Under the pieces are notes generated by a model. That model was not told the DNA's origin, did not search any database, and saw nothing but the letters and a program-made list of their open reading frames with translations. From positions 1,504,001 to 1,568,000 of the forward strand of contig OZ240219.1 of the NCBI GenBank assembly GCA_965197645.1: a stretch of 64,000 bases of DNA, read 5' to 3'. This document shows positions 1 through 9,035 of the stretch, in pieces (the stretch's first letter is position 1; each line of letters opens with the position of its first letter). The DNA is from Dehalococcoidia bacterium (GTDB lineage: Bacteria; Chloroflexota; Dehalococcoidia; Plut-88900). A program made the translations under genes and the position numbers.

Positions 1-74
1 AGACGGGGCAGCGGTTCGGTACTCACCTGGTGCTCAGGTACGCACACGCCACGGTCGTGAAGCTGGCAAGTTAG
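1..74 (+). CDS. 3' end of an upstream CDS (partial, ...TGQRFGTHLVLRYAHATVVKLAS*)
   Basis: Open frame from the window edge to TAG at 72-74, 2 nt before the next ATG; operon-like spacing only. Confidence 0.35.
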   Translation, partial: TGQRFGTHLVLRYAHATVVKLAS

Positions 75-76
75 AC

Positions 77-1072
77 ATGACCCAGTCCCACCACATAGGC
101 ATGCCACATGGCCAGGCTACTTTCCTGGACTCGTCCCTGGTCGGGTTGGACCAGGTGAGACCTGGAATGGTGGTCATAGGAGGAGCGCCTCACGATAGCA
201 CCCACACCAGCCGCTTCGGCGCCAGGATGGGTCCCCGGGGCATAAGAGACGGCTCCCTGGCCCTGGCAAGGACCATTCATCAAGGGGGCGCCGATGGGAT
301 AGTGGACGTATCCTCCGGCGCCAGGCTGATGCCCTCCCAGCAGGCTCGCCTGGTCGACGTTGGGGACTACAACGTCTACCCGTCGGACGTGATGAAATCC
401 ACCGAAGGCATCGCCGGGGGAGTGAAAGAGGTGGTCAAGAAGGGCGGATTCTCGGTATGCCTGGGCGGCGACCACTACGTCGGATACCCTTCCTGCCTTG
501 GCTACGTTCGCGCCCTCGAGGAGATGGGCGACAAGCCCAGGATCGGCTACATCCACATCGACGGCCACTCCGACTTCTACGACGAGGCTACCCCCTGGGG
601 CAAGTACAACCATGGCACCAACGCCCGTCGTATCTCCGAGCTTGGACTGATCAGCAAGGCCAACATGGTCTGGATAGGCCTACAGGGGTGGGAGTCGGAG
701 AGTATCATCACAACCATCGAGGGCAACGGCGGTAAGATTTTCACCGCCGAGAACGTCCACCAGCGGGGACCCGTAGAGGTTGCTCGGGCCGCCGGGGAGC
801 ACGCCAGCGCCGGGTGCGACTTCATCTACATGTCGGTGGACATCGATTTCATCGATACCGGATTCTTCCCCGCTACCGGCTCCGTTGTGAACGATGCCAT
901 AACCCCGGAGATCATGGCCACCATCCTGAGAGAGCTGACCCGGTACCCCATCGGCGCCGTGGACTTCGTCGAGGTATCGCCGCGCATCGATCCTAGTGGA
1001 AGGTCGATGGTGATGTCCTCGGAGCTGCTGATGGCCCTCCTGGCGCCCAAACTCTTCGATTTTCAGACGTAA
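77..1072 (+). CDS. Agmatinase/arginase-family ureohydrolase
   Basis: Mn-binding motifs GGDH, DGHSD, NHGT, SVDID and PATG. Confidence 0.9.
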   Translation: MTQSHHIGMPHGQATFLDSSLVGLDQVRPGMVVIGGAPHDSTHTSRFGARMGPRGIRDGSLALARTIHQGGADGIVDVSSGARLMPSQQARLVDVGDYNVYPSDVMKSTEGIAGGVKEVVKKGGFSVCLGGDHYVGYPSCLGYVRALEEMGDKPRIGYIHIDGHSDFYDEATPWGKYNHGTNARRISELGLISKANMVWIGLQGWESESIITTIEGNGGKIFTAENVHQRGPVEVARAAGEHASAGCDFIYMSVDIDFIDTGFFPATGSVVNDAITPEIMATILRELTRYPIGAVDFVEVSPRIDPSGRSMVMSSELLMALLAPKLFDFQT

Positions 1073-1167
1073 CGCTCCGGGCCGGCGCACAACCCCGGCC
1101 CTGCCTGCTATTGCCGGGCCGCGTTCTGCTCGGTAGAGTATCGGTACAGGCCCGATAGGAGGAGGAG

Positions 1168-1368
1168 ATGAGCAAGTTCAAGAAGGGTGACAAGGTACGC
1201 ATCCGGCGGTTTGGCGCGGAGGGAACCGTCGTAAAAGCAGGGGCCAAGATGGCGCCCCAGTATTCAAGGGACCTGTCCAATGTTGAGCAGCTCTGGCTGG
1301 TGAAGTTGGAAGGCCGGGGCTACCCGAGGTTGCTGGCAGAGTCGCTTCTGGAGCCTATCGAAGGGTAG
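1168..1368 (+). CDS. Small basic hypothetical protein, KOW/SH3-like (FKKGDKVRI)
   Basis: Strong SD GGAGGAGG before ATG; KGDKV motif. Confidence 0.7.
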   Translation: MSKFKKGDKVRIRRFGAEGTVVKAGAKMAPQYSRDLSNVEQLWLVKLEGRGYPRLLAESLLEPIEG

Positions 1369-1703
1369 GGTTACACATGCGCCTGCTTGATGCGGGCTCA
1401 AGCCTAGCCCCACCCCAGGCGGTTCTTCCCTTCCACCCGCCTTGGTCGGGTCATACCGAGTCCATCGAAGAATCCTCTTTGGCGGAGTCTGAGGGACACC
1501 CCTGGAAGTAATACTTTCGTAACACGATACTCACTACCCTGACTCCAGCTTCGAGTGACGAGACCCGGAGACCGGCCGAAAAGATGACAACATTCACGCC
1601 TGCGATGCATGAAACTCCCGGAGTTTGGCGCCGTCCCGTCGATGGGACTAGGCCGGCGTTCCAGGGCGCTTTTCCAGGCCCTTCGATCCGCCTGGGTAAG
1701 GGG

Positions 1704-1757
1704 TTGACAAAGCAAAGCGCAATGTTAATATTGTCACGAATTGTCACGGGCTTGACA
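1704..1757 (+). promoter_or_regulatory. Sigma70-type promoter of the surface-protein gene with adjacent direct repeats
   Basis: TTGACA 1704-1709, extended -10 TGtTAATAT 1723-1731, TTGTCACG twice (1731, 1741), second TTGACA at 1752. Confidence 0.55.
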
Positions 1758-1995
1758 TCTAGTGTTACGATATTCGAACGGAATCTTAGAATCGGTTTAA
1801 AATCAGTTTGATGGGCCGCCGCCGGATGAGGGACGTACACCGGGCGGCTTGTTGCTGTATCAAGGAGGTGTGATATTGGCCCACTGTCCCGGAGGAGCGT
1901 TGGGACTCTCCCAACACCGGCTTTTTTCAGCACTATTCAGCACTATTTTTTAGTGGTTGCCGAATCCCAGACGACGATACAAGAAAGGGGCTAAC

Positions 1996-4900
1996 ATGAG
2001 TAAGAAGGGTAAGATACTGTCCATAGCGGCGGTATTGTTTTTGGTCTTATCCTTGGTGGCAGTTGTGCCGGCGGCCATCACCGGCGCTCAGACTGCCGGA
2101 ACAGTACAACTGAACAGGAGCGTCTACTCCCTGGCCGATGGCCAAGGGACGGATGACTTCGACAACGACGATGCGAAGTTCAACGTGGTTGAGGTTAAGG
2201 TGACCGACGCCGACCTCAACACCCTGAGGACGGCCACCGCCAGGTTCCTTACGCCGGACAATACAACATATGGCATTGGGAACACTGGTGCGCTCATTGC
2301 CGATGCCATCCAGGGACAGGACGTGATGGGCGAGACGCCCACCGGCGCTGTGGACGGCACCAACAGGATCTTCAAGGTTGCCAACACCGTCCTGGGCGAC
2401 AGGGCCAGCAGCACGGAAGATGTTGAAGGTCCCGACGGCCGTGTGGACACCGCTGACGTGACCGTCAGGGTTGGCGGCGTCAAGGTCGACGTAGTCGCCA
2501 TCGGTGCCTACACCGGAACCCATGATGCCGCGGATGACGCGGTCGAGTTGACCGACGCTGACGGCGGCTTCCCCGTACAGAATGCTGATGGTGGGCTCGT
2601 CGGCGGCACCGTTTACAACGTCACCGATGGGTCATCGGGTCCAATCACCGCCAACGACGCCACAACCATTACAGCGAAACTAGGCGGTGGCGACGACGAC
2701 GACTGGGACACCGACGACGTCTACACCATCACGGAGCCTTCGGGTACCCACACTGGGGATGATGGCCAAGAAACGGTTTTGACCGATGCCAGCGCCAGCT
2801 TCCCTACGGAAGATCTGAACAACCCGGTCACTCCGGACGACCCGGCGGACGATGACGGACTCCTGATTGGTGGTACGGTGTACAACATCACCGATGGATC
2901 ATCGGGTACAATCACCGATAACACCGCCACGACCATAACAGTGGGCGGGCGCCTGTCAAACACTGACGACCCTGATTCCGAAAATGACTGGGACACGGGC
3001 GACGTCTACGTTATAAACCGGGCCGTTAACAACGCCGCTCTCGGGATGGTGGCCCTGGCAGAGGCGCCGAGGGTCGGCTCCGCCATCACCGTGGACTACA
3101 ACTTCTACGAGTTCGATAGGGCGAACCCGGAGGACAGCCCCATCAACGCCGTAGCCTTGGTGAAGCGTGGCGACGCCACCCTGGGCGTCAGCCACTTCAA
3201 CTCCGGGGACGGCATAGTTGAAATAACCACTCTACCAGCGGGCTCTGGCACGTTGGCGATCACCTTCAGCTACAACCTGATCGACACCATCTCCGACGTG
3301 CCCATATCCAGTGACAGCACCCGGCTGGCCGGCGCCGAGAGGACGATCGACCTGAAAGAGACTGAACATGGCAGCGGTGTCTTCACAGGCGAGAAGATAC
3401 TGCAGGATGCCGGTGTCGACGACGACGAGATTGATGACGAGATGCTCCAGGTGGCCGACGGCGACACCATCATGGTGTCCTACAGCGATGCCAGCCCCCT
3501 CGGCAGCCGGGTGGACACCGCCGTCGTCGACCTGACGGCGCCCGTCATAACCCTGGTGGAGCCGGAGAACAACCTCTCCACCCAGGACCCCACCCCCAGC
3601 TTTACGGTTGAGGTAACCGACGCTGTGGCGCCCATCACTGACGCCGACTCGGTCAGCCTGATAATATCCGGCCAGACCGTGAGCGCCGCCAAGACCAACG
3701 TGGTGGGCGGTTTCCGCCTCAGCTACCTCCAGGCCTCGCCATTCGCCGATGGGCCGGTGAGTTGGCACGTGTCCGCCGAGGACGCCGTCGGCAACGACGT
3801 CGCCGTTAACACGGGTACGGAGGAAGAGAAAGCATACCAGCTGGGAAGCAGCGAGAATCCCTTCACGGTGACCGTCGACAACACGTCGATAGCCGCCATG
3901 GATTCGGTCAAGGCCGGCTTCGGCCTCAACGACGCTGGGAACATGAGGACGAGGAACGACAACACCGGCATCGAGATCACCTTCAACGAGGCCATAGACG
4001 GGGACAGCGTGGTCCCCGGCGACTTCAACGTGGTGGGAAGCCCGGACATCCTAAGCGCTCGCCACTCCGCTACCCAGAGGAACACCGAGAGCACGGACGA
4101 CGTGCTTGACGACGGCGAAAAGAAGGATGCGGAGGACGCGGTTGAGGCGAAGCCTGCGGTCTTGGATGACGAAACCACGGAAGGTGTGGACGAGAGCAGG
4201 GATGCTATTGAGGCGGCCGATGCGGTTGAGGCCAAGGATGCCATACCGGCCAGAACCGTCTACAGCCTCACCGAGTTCACCCCCATCGACACCAACGACG
4301 ACGGGAACGTGGACGAGGACGACGTCACGGCAACCGTGGACGGAGACGCTGAAAACGTCCTGTCCGTAGATGGCAGGAACGTGACTGTGGAGGGCCACCA
4401 CACCAAGACAGTGGCCATCACCTACACCTACGACTCCAACGCCCAGGTCTTCCTGAAAGTTGGAGCAGACCTGGACAGCGACGCCACACCGGCAGTCAGC
4501 CTTCCCGGCGACCTGCTTGACCTGGCGGGGAACAACGCAATTAGAGGGTTGCAGAGGACTGCATCCGACGACATCGCCCCCACCATCACCGTGACCCTCG
4601 ATGCCGATACGGTGGGCGACCCCGACAACAACGGCGATGCCGAGGGCACCGTGACCATCGTTTCCAGCGAAGCGCTGGCCGGAAAGCCCACCCTGTCCGA
4701 TAAAGGCACCTACACGGTCGTCGAGAAAAACGACGATGATGAAGATGTAGAGGTGGAAAAGACGACTAGGAACCCCGACTTCACCTTCGGCGACGTGACC
4801 AACGTGCCCGGCACCGCCACCCAGTGGACGGCCACCTACCGCTCCACCAAGTCGGCAGACTACGAGGTCACCGCATCGGGCACGGACAGTGCGAGCAACA

Positions 4901-5859
4901 TGGCCACCTCCGAGGCGGCGATGGTGAACGTCGACATCGATGACCCGGCGCTGGTCAAATTCACGCCGGCAGCGGTTGAAGAAGGCGAGGACCTCAACGT
5001 CTCCCTACAGGGTCTGGACAACGTCATCAGGGTCGAAGCCGACTTCGGCGAAGAGACCACGGTGATGAGCTCCATGCTCAACGGTGAGGACGTTTCGGCC
5101 AACACCTTCTCCGACGGCAACATCCAGATCCTCGCCCTCCCCGGCGAGGCCGATGACGAGGCTACGGAGGACGTAGACGAAGGCCTGCACACCTGGGTAA
5201 TCACCGTCCAGGACGCAGCGGGCAACGTCAGCGAAGAGGCGGAAGTCGCCTTCATGGTGGCAGCGCCCACAACCTTCACCATCCCGTTGGAGCCCGGCTG
5301 GAACCTGATCTCGGTCCCCGGTAGGCTCGACGCCGCCACACCCGGCAAGGTGTTCGGCAACGAGTCGCCGAGCGTGACCAAGGTCCGCACCTGGAACTCC
5401 ACAGACGGATGGCTGGTCTCCTCCTTCGTCCCCGGTGAGGCCGATGACCCGATGACCGAGGACGTAGACGAGTCGACCGAGAGCGCATGGGTTGGAGACA
5501 TCCTGGCCCTCAAGCAAGGCTTGGGCTACTGGGTACTCTCCGCCACCGCCGAGGACGTGCCAGTTCTCCTACGGCGCTTGGCCGGCATTCCCGCGGCCCC
5601 TCGGGCCCAGTCCCTCGATGCCGGCTGGAACCTCGTAGGTCCCCAGTTCTTCAACCTGCCGCCTCCCAAGGCTGACGACATCGCCGATCTGGACGCCGAT
5701 GACTACTTCATCAGCGTGGAGTGGAGCGTTGCCTACGGCTTCGATCCAGACCCGAGCGTGGGATTCCAGCGGATCGCACCAAAATCCACTGAGGACAACC
5801 TCCACGCAGGCAGCGGTTACTGGGTCTTCCTAACCGAGGCTGGAGAGCTGATACCGTAG
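1996..5859 (+). CDS. Large acidic secreted cell-surface/S-layer-like protein with Ig-like and Ca-binding repeats
   Basis: N-terminal signal peptide; very D/E/T/V-rich; Ig-like DxAGN motifs; DTNDDGNVD loop; C-terminal LEPGWNLISVP / LDAGWNLVG repeats; start chosen at ATG 1996 after AAAGGGG. Confidence 0.8.
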   Translation: MSKKGKILSIAAVLFLVLSLVAVVPAAITGAQTAGTVQLNRSVYSLADGQGTDDFDNDDAKFNVVEVKVTDADLNTLRTATARFLTPDNTTYGIGNTGALIADAIQGQDVMGETPTGAVDGTNRIFKVANTVLGDRASSTEDVEGPDGRVDTADVTVRVGGVKVDVVAIGAYTGTHDAADDAVELTDADGGFPVQNADGGLVGGTVYNVTDGSSGPITANDATTITAKLGGGDDDDWDTDDVYTITEPSGTHTGDDGQETVLTDASASFPTEDLNNPVTPDDPADDDGLLIGGTVYNITDGSSGTITDNTATTITVGGRLSNTDDPDSENDWDTGDVYVINRAVNNAALGMVALAEAPRVGSAITVDYNFYEFDRANPEDSPINAVALVKRGDATLGVSHFNSGDGIVEITTLPAGSGTLAITFSYNLIDTISDVPISSDSTRLAGAERTIDLKETEHGSGVFTGEKILQDAGVDDDEIDDEMLQVADGDTIMVSYSDASPLGSRVDTAVVDLTAPVITLVEPENNLSTQDPTPSFTVEVTDAVAPITDADSVSLIISGQTVSAAKTNVVGGFRLSYLQASPFADGPVSWHVSAEDAVGNDVAVNTGTEEEKAYQLGSSENPFTVTVDNTSIAAMDSVKAGFGLNDAGNMRTRNDNTGIEITFNEAIDGDSVVPGDFNVVGSPDILSARHSATQRNTESTDDVLDDGEKKDAEDAVEAKPAVLDDETTEGVDESRDAIEAADAVEAKDAIPARTVYSLTEFTPIDTNDDGNVDEDDVTATVDGDAENVLSVDGRNVTVEGHHTKTVAITYTYDSNAQVFLKVGADLDSDATPAVSLPGDLLDLAGNNAIRGLQRTASDDIAPTITVTLDADTVGDPDNNGDAEGTVTIVSSEALAGKPTLSDKGTYTVVEKNDDDEDVEVEKTTRNPDFTFGDVTNVPGTATQWTATYRSTKSADYEVTASGTDSASNMATSEAAMVNVDIDDPALVKFTPAAVEEGEDLNVSLQGLDNVIRVEADFGEETTVMSSMLNGEDVSANTFSDGNIQILALPGEADDEATEDVDEGLHTWVITVQDAAGNVSEEAEVAFMVAAPTTFTIPLEPGWNLISVPGRLDAATPGKVFGNESPSVTKVRTWNSTDGWLVSSFVPGEADDPMTEDVDESTESAWVGDILALKQGLGYWVLSATAEDVPVLLRRLAGIPAAPRAQSLDAGWNLVGPQFFNLPPPKADDIADLDADDYFISVEWSVAYGFDPDPSVGFQRIAPKSTEDNLHAGSGYWVFLTEAGELIP

Positions 5860-5885
5860 TAGGATAGCCGTTACGAATGGATAAC

Positions 5886-5924
5886 AACCCCTCCCTCCCC
5901 GCCGACGTGGGGAGGGAGGGGTTT
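5886..5924 (+). terminator. Rho-independent terminator-like hairpin
   Basis: AACCCCTCCCTCCCC...GGGGAGGGAGGGGTT followed by a T-rich tail. Confidence 0.8.
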
Positions 5925-5955
5925 GCTTTAGCAGACGATTAACGTAGTTCCGACA

Positions 5956-6495
5956 ATGGAAGCAACCAACAAGATCCATCGTAGAGTGGCAGGGCCCGTG
6001 CGGTTGACGCTGGTGGGAGCGGTCATCGTTGGCCTGCTGACGGTGGGCCTCTGGCTAACCTCTACGGAAGCATCGGCCCAGCCACCCTTCCCCATCGTCT
6101 ACTCAGGCCGGGCGTTTATCGGCGGAGAGCCGGCCCCCGTCGGCACGATGATAACGGGACGCATCGCCAACACCGAATCCCGGCCGGTGATAGTCAGCGA
6201 TGGAAGATACCTACTACTGGTAGTTGACCCATCCCTCGAGTACGAGCACAGCGAGGATGCAGCGGGCCTACTCATCACCTTCTATGCCGATGGTGTGCGC
6301 GCCGTAGAGACGGACAGGTACGAAGAGGGGACATTCATAGAGAAGCAATTGGACCTTCACTTCCCCGAGCTGCCCCTCGCCGGAGATGATACCCTCAACC
6401 TGCTGTGGCCGATTGCGGCGGGACTGGGCGCGCTTAGCCTAGCGGCCGGGGTTGGGATACTGGTCTGGTCGCCCAGGTGTAAACGGACAAGCTAG
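5956..6495 (+). CDS. Secreted surface protein with sortase-like C-terminal sorting signal (LPLAG + TM + basic tail)
   Basis: Signal peptide ending ASA-Q; ELPLAGD, then hydrophobic helix and RCKR tail. Confidence 0.7.
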   Translation: MEATNKIHRRVAGPVRLTLVGAVIVGLLTVGLWLTSTEASAQPPFPIVYSGRAFIGGEPAPVGTMITGRIANTESRPVIVSDGRYLLLVVDPSLEYEHSEDAAGLLITFYADGVRAVETDRYEEGTFIEKQLDLHFPELPLAGDDTLNLLWPIAAGLGALSLAAGVGILVWSPRCKRTS

Positions 6496-6500
6496 CGGTA

Positions 6501-7148
6501 CTAGCTGCGGTCTTCTAGGACCACGGCCTGGGTCTGCTGAGGAAGGGAGGTGGGGGTCACGTGGAGACGTCTCTGGACCTCGTACTCCTTGGCACCCATC
6601 TCCTTTATGAACCGCTTCAGTGTGTCCGGCTCTTCCTCTTCCTTGGGGTTTGACCATGGGTAGGCCATGGGTATCACCAGCTTGGGCTCCAGCAGGCTTA
6701 TGGTGTCCATAGCCGGCCTGAACGTCTCCGGATCCCCGATAGGCACCAGCAAGACGCTGACCTCGCTCAGTCGCTCCGTGTGCTCCGAGGTTAGAGGACT
6801 GTTCAGCTCGCCCAAGTGGCAGACCACCAGGCTTTCCAGCTCGATGGTGTAGACGGTGTTCTTCTCCCGGGTTATCTCGCCCTCATCGCTTCTTATATGG
6901 TAGGGTGTACCGACACCGGTGAGGAACACGTTGGCGACCTCGTACTCGCCGGGGCCATTGACCACGTGAGGGTAGCGGCCGCCGGCCAGAGATAGCCCGT
7001 TAGCCATGTGAGGTCGGCTGAGGGTTATAGCTGTGATCTCCTGGCCTTTCAGAGTCTTGTCTATCGCCTCCCCGTCGGGATCGGTTACAACGGTAACATC
7101 GCGTCCGCGGACGCTGAAACATCGATTGCCCAGCCAAGTTAGGTCCAA
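6501..7148 (-). CDS. Metallo-beta-lactamase-fold protein (Lactamase_B_3-like) with degenerate metal ligands
   Basis: MDLTWLG..CF, VVTDP, GPGEYEV, CHLG, PKLVIPM pattern. Confidence 0.75.
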   Translation of the reverse strand: MDLTWLGNRCFSVRGRDVTVVTDPDGEAIDKTLKGQEITAITLSRPHMANGLSLAGGRYPHVVNGPGEYEVANVFLTGVGTPYHIRSDEGEITREKNTVYTIELESLVVCHLGELNSPLTSEHTERLSEVSVLLVPIGDPETFRPAMDTISLLEPKLVIPMAYPWSNPKEEEEPDTLKRFIKEMGAKEYEVQRRLHVTPTSLPQQTQAVVLEDRS

Positions 7149-7221
7149 GTGGGATGCCTCGCAGCTATGTGTAGTTCGCCTAGAATCCAGTATATGAAGC
7201 AGCCATAACTAACGCAAGCTC

Positions 7222-7250
7222 TTGACAGTGGAGACAACCGATGCTACAGT
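7222..7250 (+). promoter_or_regulatory. Sigma70 promoter of the hrcA operon
   Basis: TTGACA-N17-TACAGT with a TG extension. Confidence 0.7.
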
Positions 7251-7259
7251 CAAACAACC

Positions 7260-7286
7260 CTGGCAGTCCTACCCGAAGAGTGCCAG
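7260..7286 (+). promoter_or_regulatory. CIRCE element (HrcA operator)
   Basis: CTGGCAGTC-N9-GAGTGCCAG versus consensus TTAGCACTC-N9-GAGTGCTAA, directly upstream of hrcA. Confidence 0.85.
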
Positions 7287-7326
7287 ACCGGACAGAAATT
7301 GGCCTACTCTTATGAAGGAGGCCTTT

Positions 7327-8340
7327 TTGTTAACTAAGCGAAAAGAAGCGATCCTGAACTCGATTGTAAGTGGTTACATCGACACAGGGATTCCCGTAGC
7401 ATCCCAGATCATCGCCAAGAACAAGAAAGTTCAGGTAAGCTCGGCCACAATCCGATCTGAGATGGCGGGCCTGGAAGAGGAAGGGTACATCCTCAGGCCT
7501 CACACCTCGGCGGGTAGTATCCCCTCGGACAAGGGATATCGATACTACGTAGAGCACGTGACCCATCGAGAAGCACTCGCGCCCCAGGATAAGCAACTCA
7601 TCCTCGAGGAGTTCAAGCCCGCAGAGTTGGACTTGGAGAAGTGGGTACGGATCGCGGCTACAGTGCTGCCTCAGGTGACCCACAATCTCGCCCTGATCAC
7701 CATGCCAAAGGCCACCGAGGTGAGACTGAAAAGAATCGAGATAGTCTCGGTGCAAGAACTGGTAATAATGCTGATTCTGATCTTCCGAGAGACCAGGATC
7801 ATCCGGCACCTGCTTCCCTTGGATGAGCCAGTATCTCAGCAGCAACTCACCAGAATGTCCAACAAACTCAACGATCTCTTCGAGGGCGTGAACCAGGACG
7901 AGATCAGCCCGTCCGAAGCGGAGCTCTCCCCCATCGAAAAGCGGCTCATGAGCACAGTCAAAGAGTTGATGGTCAACGAGGAGCAGAAGAACTTCGATGA
8001 ACCCTACCTGGACGGGTTGCACCAGTTGTTCGAGCAGCCCGAGTTCTCCAAGGCGGAGGTCTTGCGGGACCTCATAGAGGTCATGGAGGCGCGAGGGTAC
8101 CTGCGGGAGCTCGTGGAACAGGTCTACTCTGCCGGGGTACAGGTGGCCATTGGAGAGGAGTTGGGGGATGCCAGTGTACGCCACTTTAGCCTGGTGATCG
8201 CCGAGTACGGTGTCAAGGGACAGATCAAAGGCGTAACGGGGTTACTGGGCCCCACCAGGATGGACTACGTGAAGAACATATCGGCGGTCAATTTCATGGC
8301 CGATCTGATGAGCCACATGACCGAAGAGGTCTACCGTTAA
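7327..8340 (+). CDS. hrcA: Heat-inducible transcription repressor HrcA
   Basis: SSATIRSEM, PHTSAGSIPSDKGYRYYV, GPTRMDY; TTG start after AAGGAGG. Confidence 0.95.
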   Translation: MLTKRKEAILNSIVSGYIDTGIPVASQIIAKNKKVQVSSATIRSEMAGLEEEGYILRPHTSAGSIPSDKGYRYYVEHVTHREALAPQDKQLILEEFKPAELDLEKWVRIAATVLPQVTHNLALITMPKATEVRLKRIEIVSVQELVIMLILIFRETRIIRHLLPLDEPVSQQQLTRMSNKLNDLFEGVNQDEISPSEAELSPIEKRLMSTVKELMVNEEQKNFDEPYLDGLHQLFEQPEFSKAEVLRDLIEVMEARGYLRELVEQVYSAGVQVAIGEELGDASVRHFSLVIAEYGVKGQIKGVTGLLGPTRMDYVKNISAVNFMADLMSHMTEEVYR

Positions 8341-8357
8341 TCGCGGGACGAACCGGC

Positions 8358-8999
8358 GTGGACATGGCTGTCGAGGAGAACCAGAAATCGGAAGGGGCTG
8401 ATGCCTCGAACGAAGAGTCTAACTCTAACGAGTCCGGCTCGGAAGAAGAGCCGCAAGTAGCCTCCCTCGAAGAGAGCCTGAAGAAAGAGAAGGAGCAAGC
8501 CGAGAGATATCTGGCCAACTGGCAGAGAGTTCAAGCGGACCTGGTCAACTACAAGAAGAGGGTAGAACAGGAAAGATCGGAATCGGCGAAATACGCCAGC
8601 TGGGCGCCGATCAGCAGCCTTCTGCAGGTGCTGGATGACTTCGATAGGGCGCTGCGAAGCATGCCCGCCAACCTGATGGGGTTGACCTGGATAGAAGGGG
8701 TCTTCCTCATGCAGAAGAAGCTCCAGACGATTCTGGAAGGGCAAGGCCTATCGGAAATCACTGCCTTGGGCGAGGACTTCGATCCGAACCTCCACGAAGC
8801 CGTAATGTATGGGGAAGGTGAGGAGGGCAAGGTGGTGGTGGAACTTCAAAAAGGGTACATGTTGCATGATAGGGTCTTGCGGCCATCGATGGTGCAAGTA
8901 GGCCAGGGGACCAGTTCCCAGAACGAGACCACAGGTACAGAAGGGGCGGAGGAAACCGATGGCGGCCCCATTGACAGCCAGCCCGGATCATCCGATTAG
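8358..8999 (+). CDS. grpE: Nucleotide exchange factor GrpE
   Basis: QADLVNYKKR, FDPNLHEAV, QKGY..RVLRPSMV. Confidence 0.95.
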   Translation: MDMAVEENQKSEGADASNEESNSNESGSEEEPQVASLEESLKKEKEQAERYLANWQRVQADLVNYKKRVEQERSESAKYASWAPISSLLQVLDDFDRALRSMPANLMGLTWIEGVFLMQKKLQTILEGQGLSEITALGEDFDPNLHEAVMYGEGEEGKVVVELQKGYMLHDRVLRPSMVQVGQGTSSQNETTGTEGAEETDGGPIDSQPGSSD

Positions 9000-9035
9000 C
9001 GGTTCACTGGCGCGCAACCTTAGAAACGTAAGCTG

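Noticed and set aside
1404-1933. ORFs 1404-1715, 1451-1933 and 1584-1811
   Set aside because: They overlap the surface-protein promoter and a decayed repeat, with no recognisable coding pattern
7222-7326. N-terminal extension of HrcA in the ORF track
   Set aside because: It overlaps the -35 box and CIRCE; the SD supports TTG 7327
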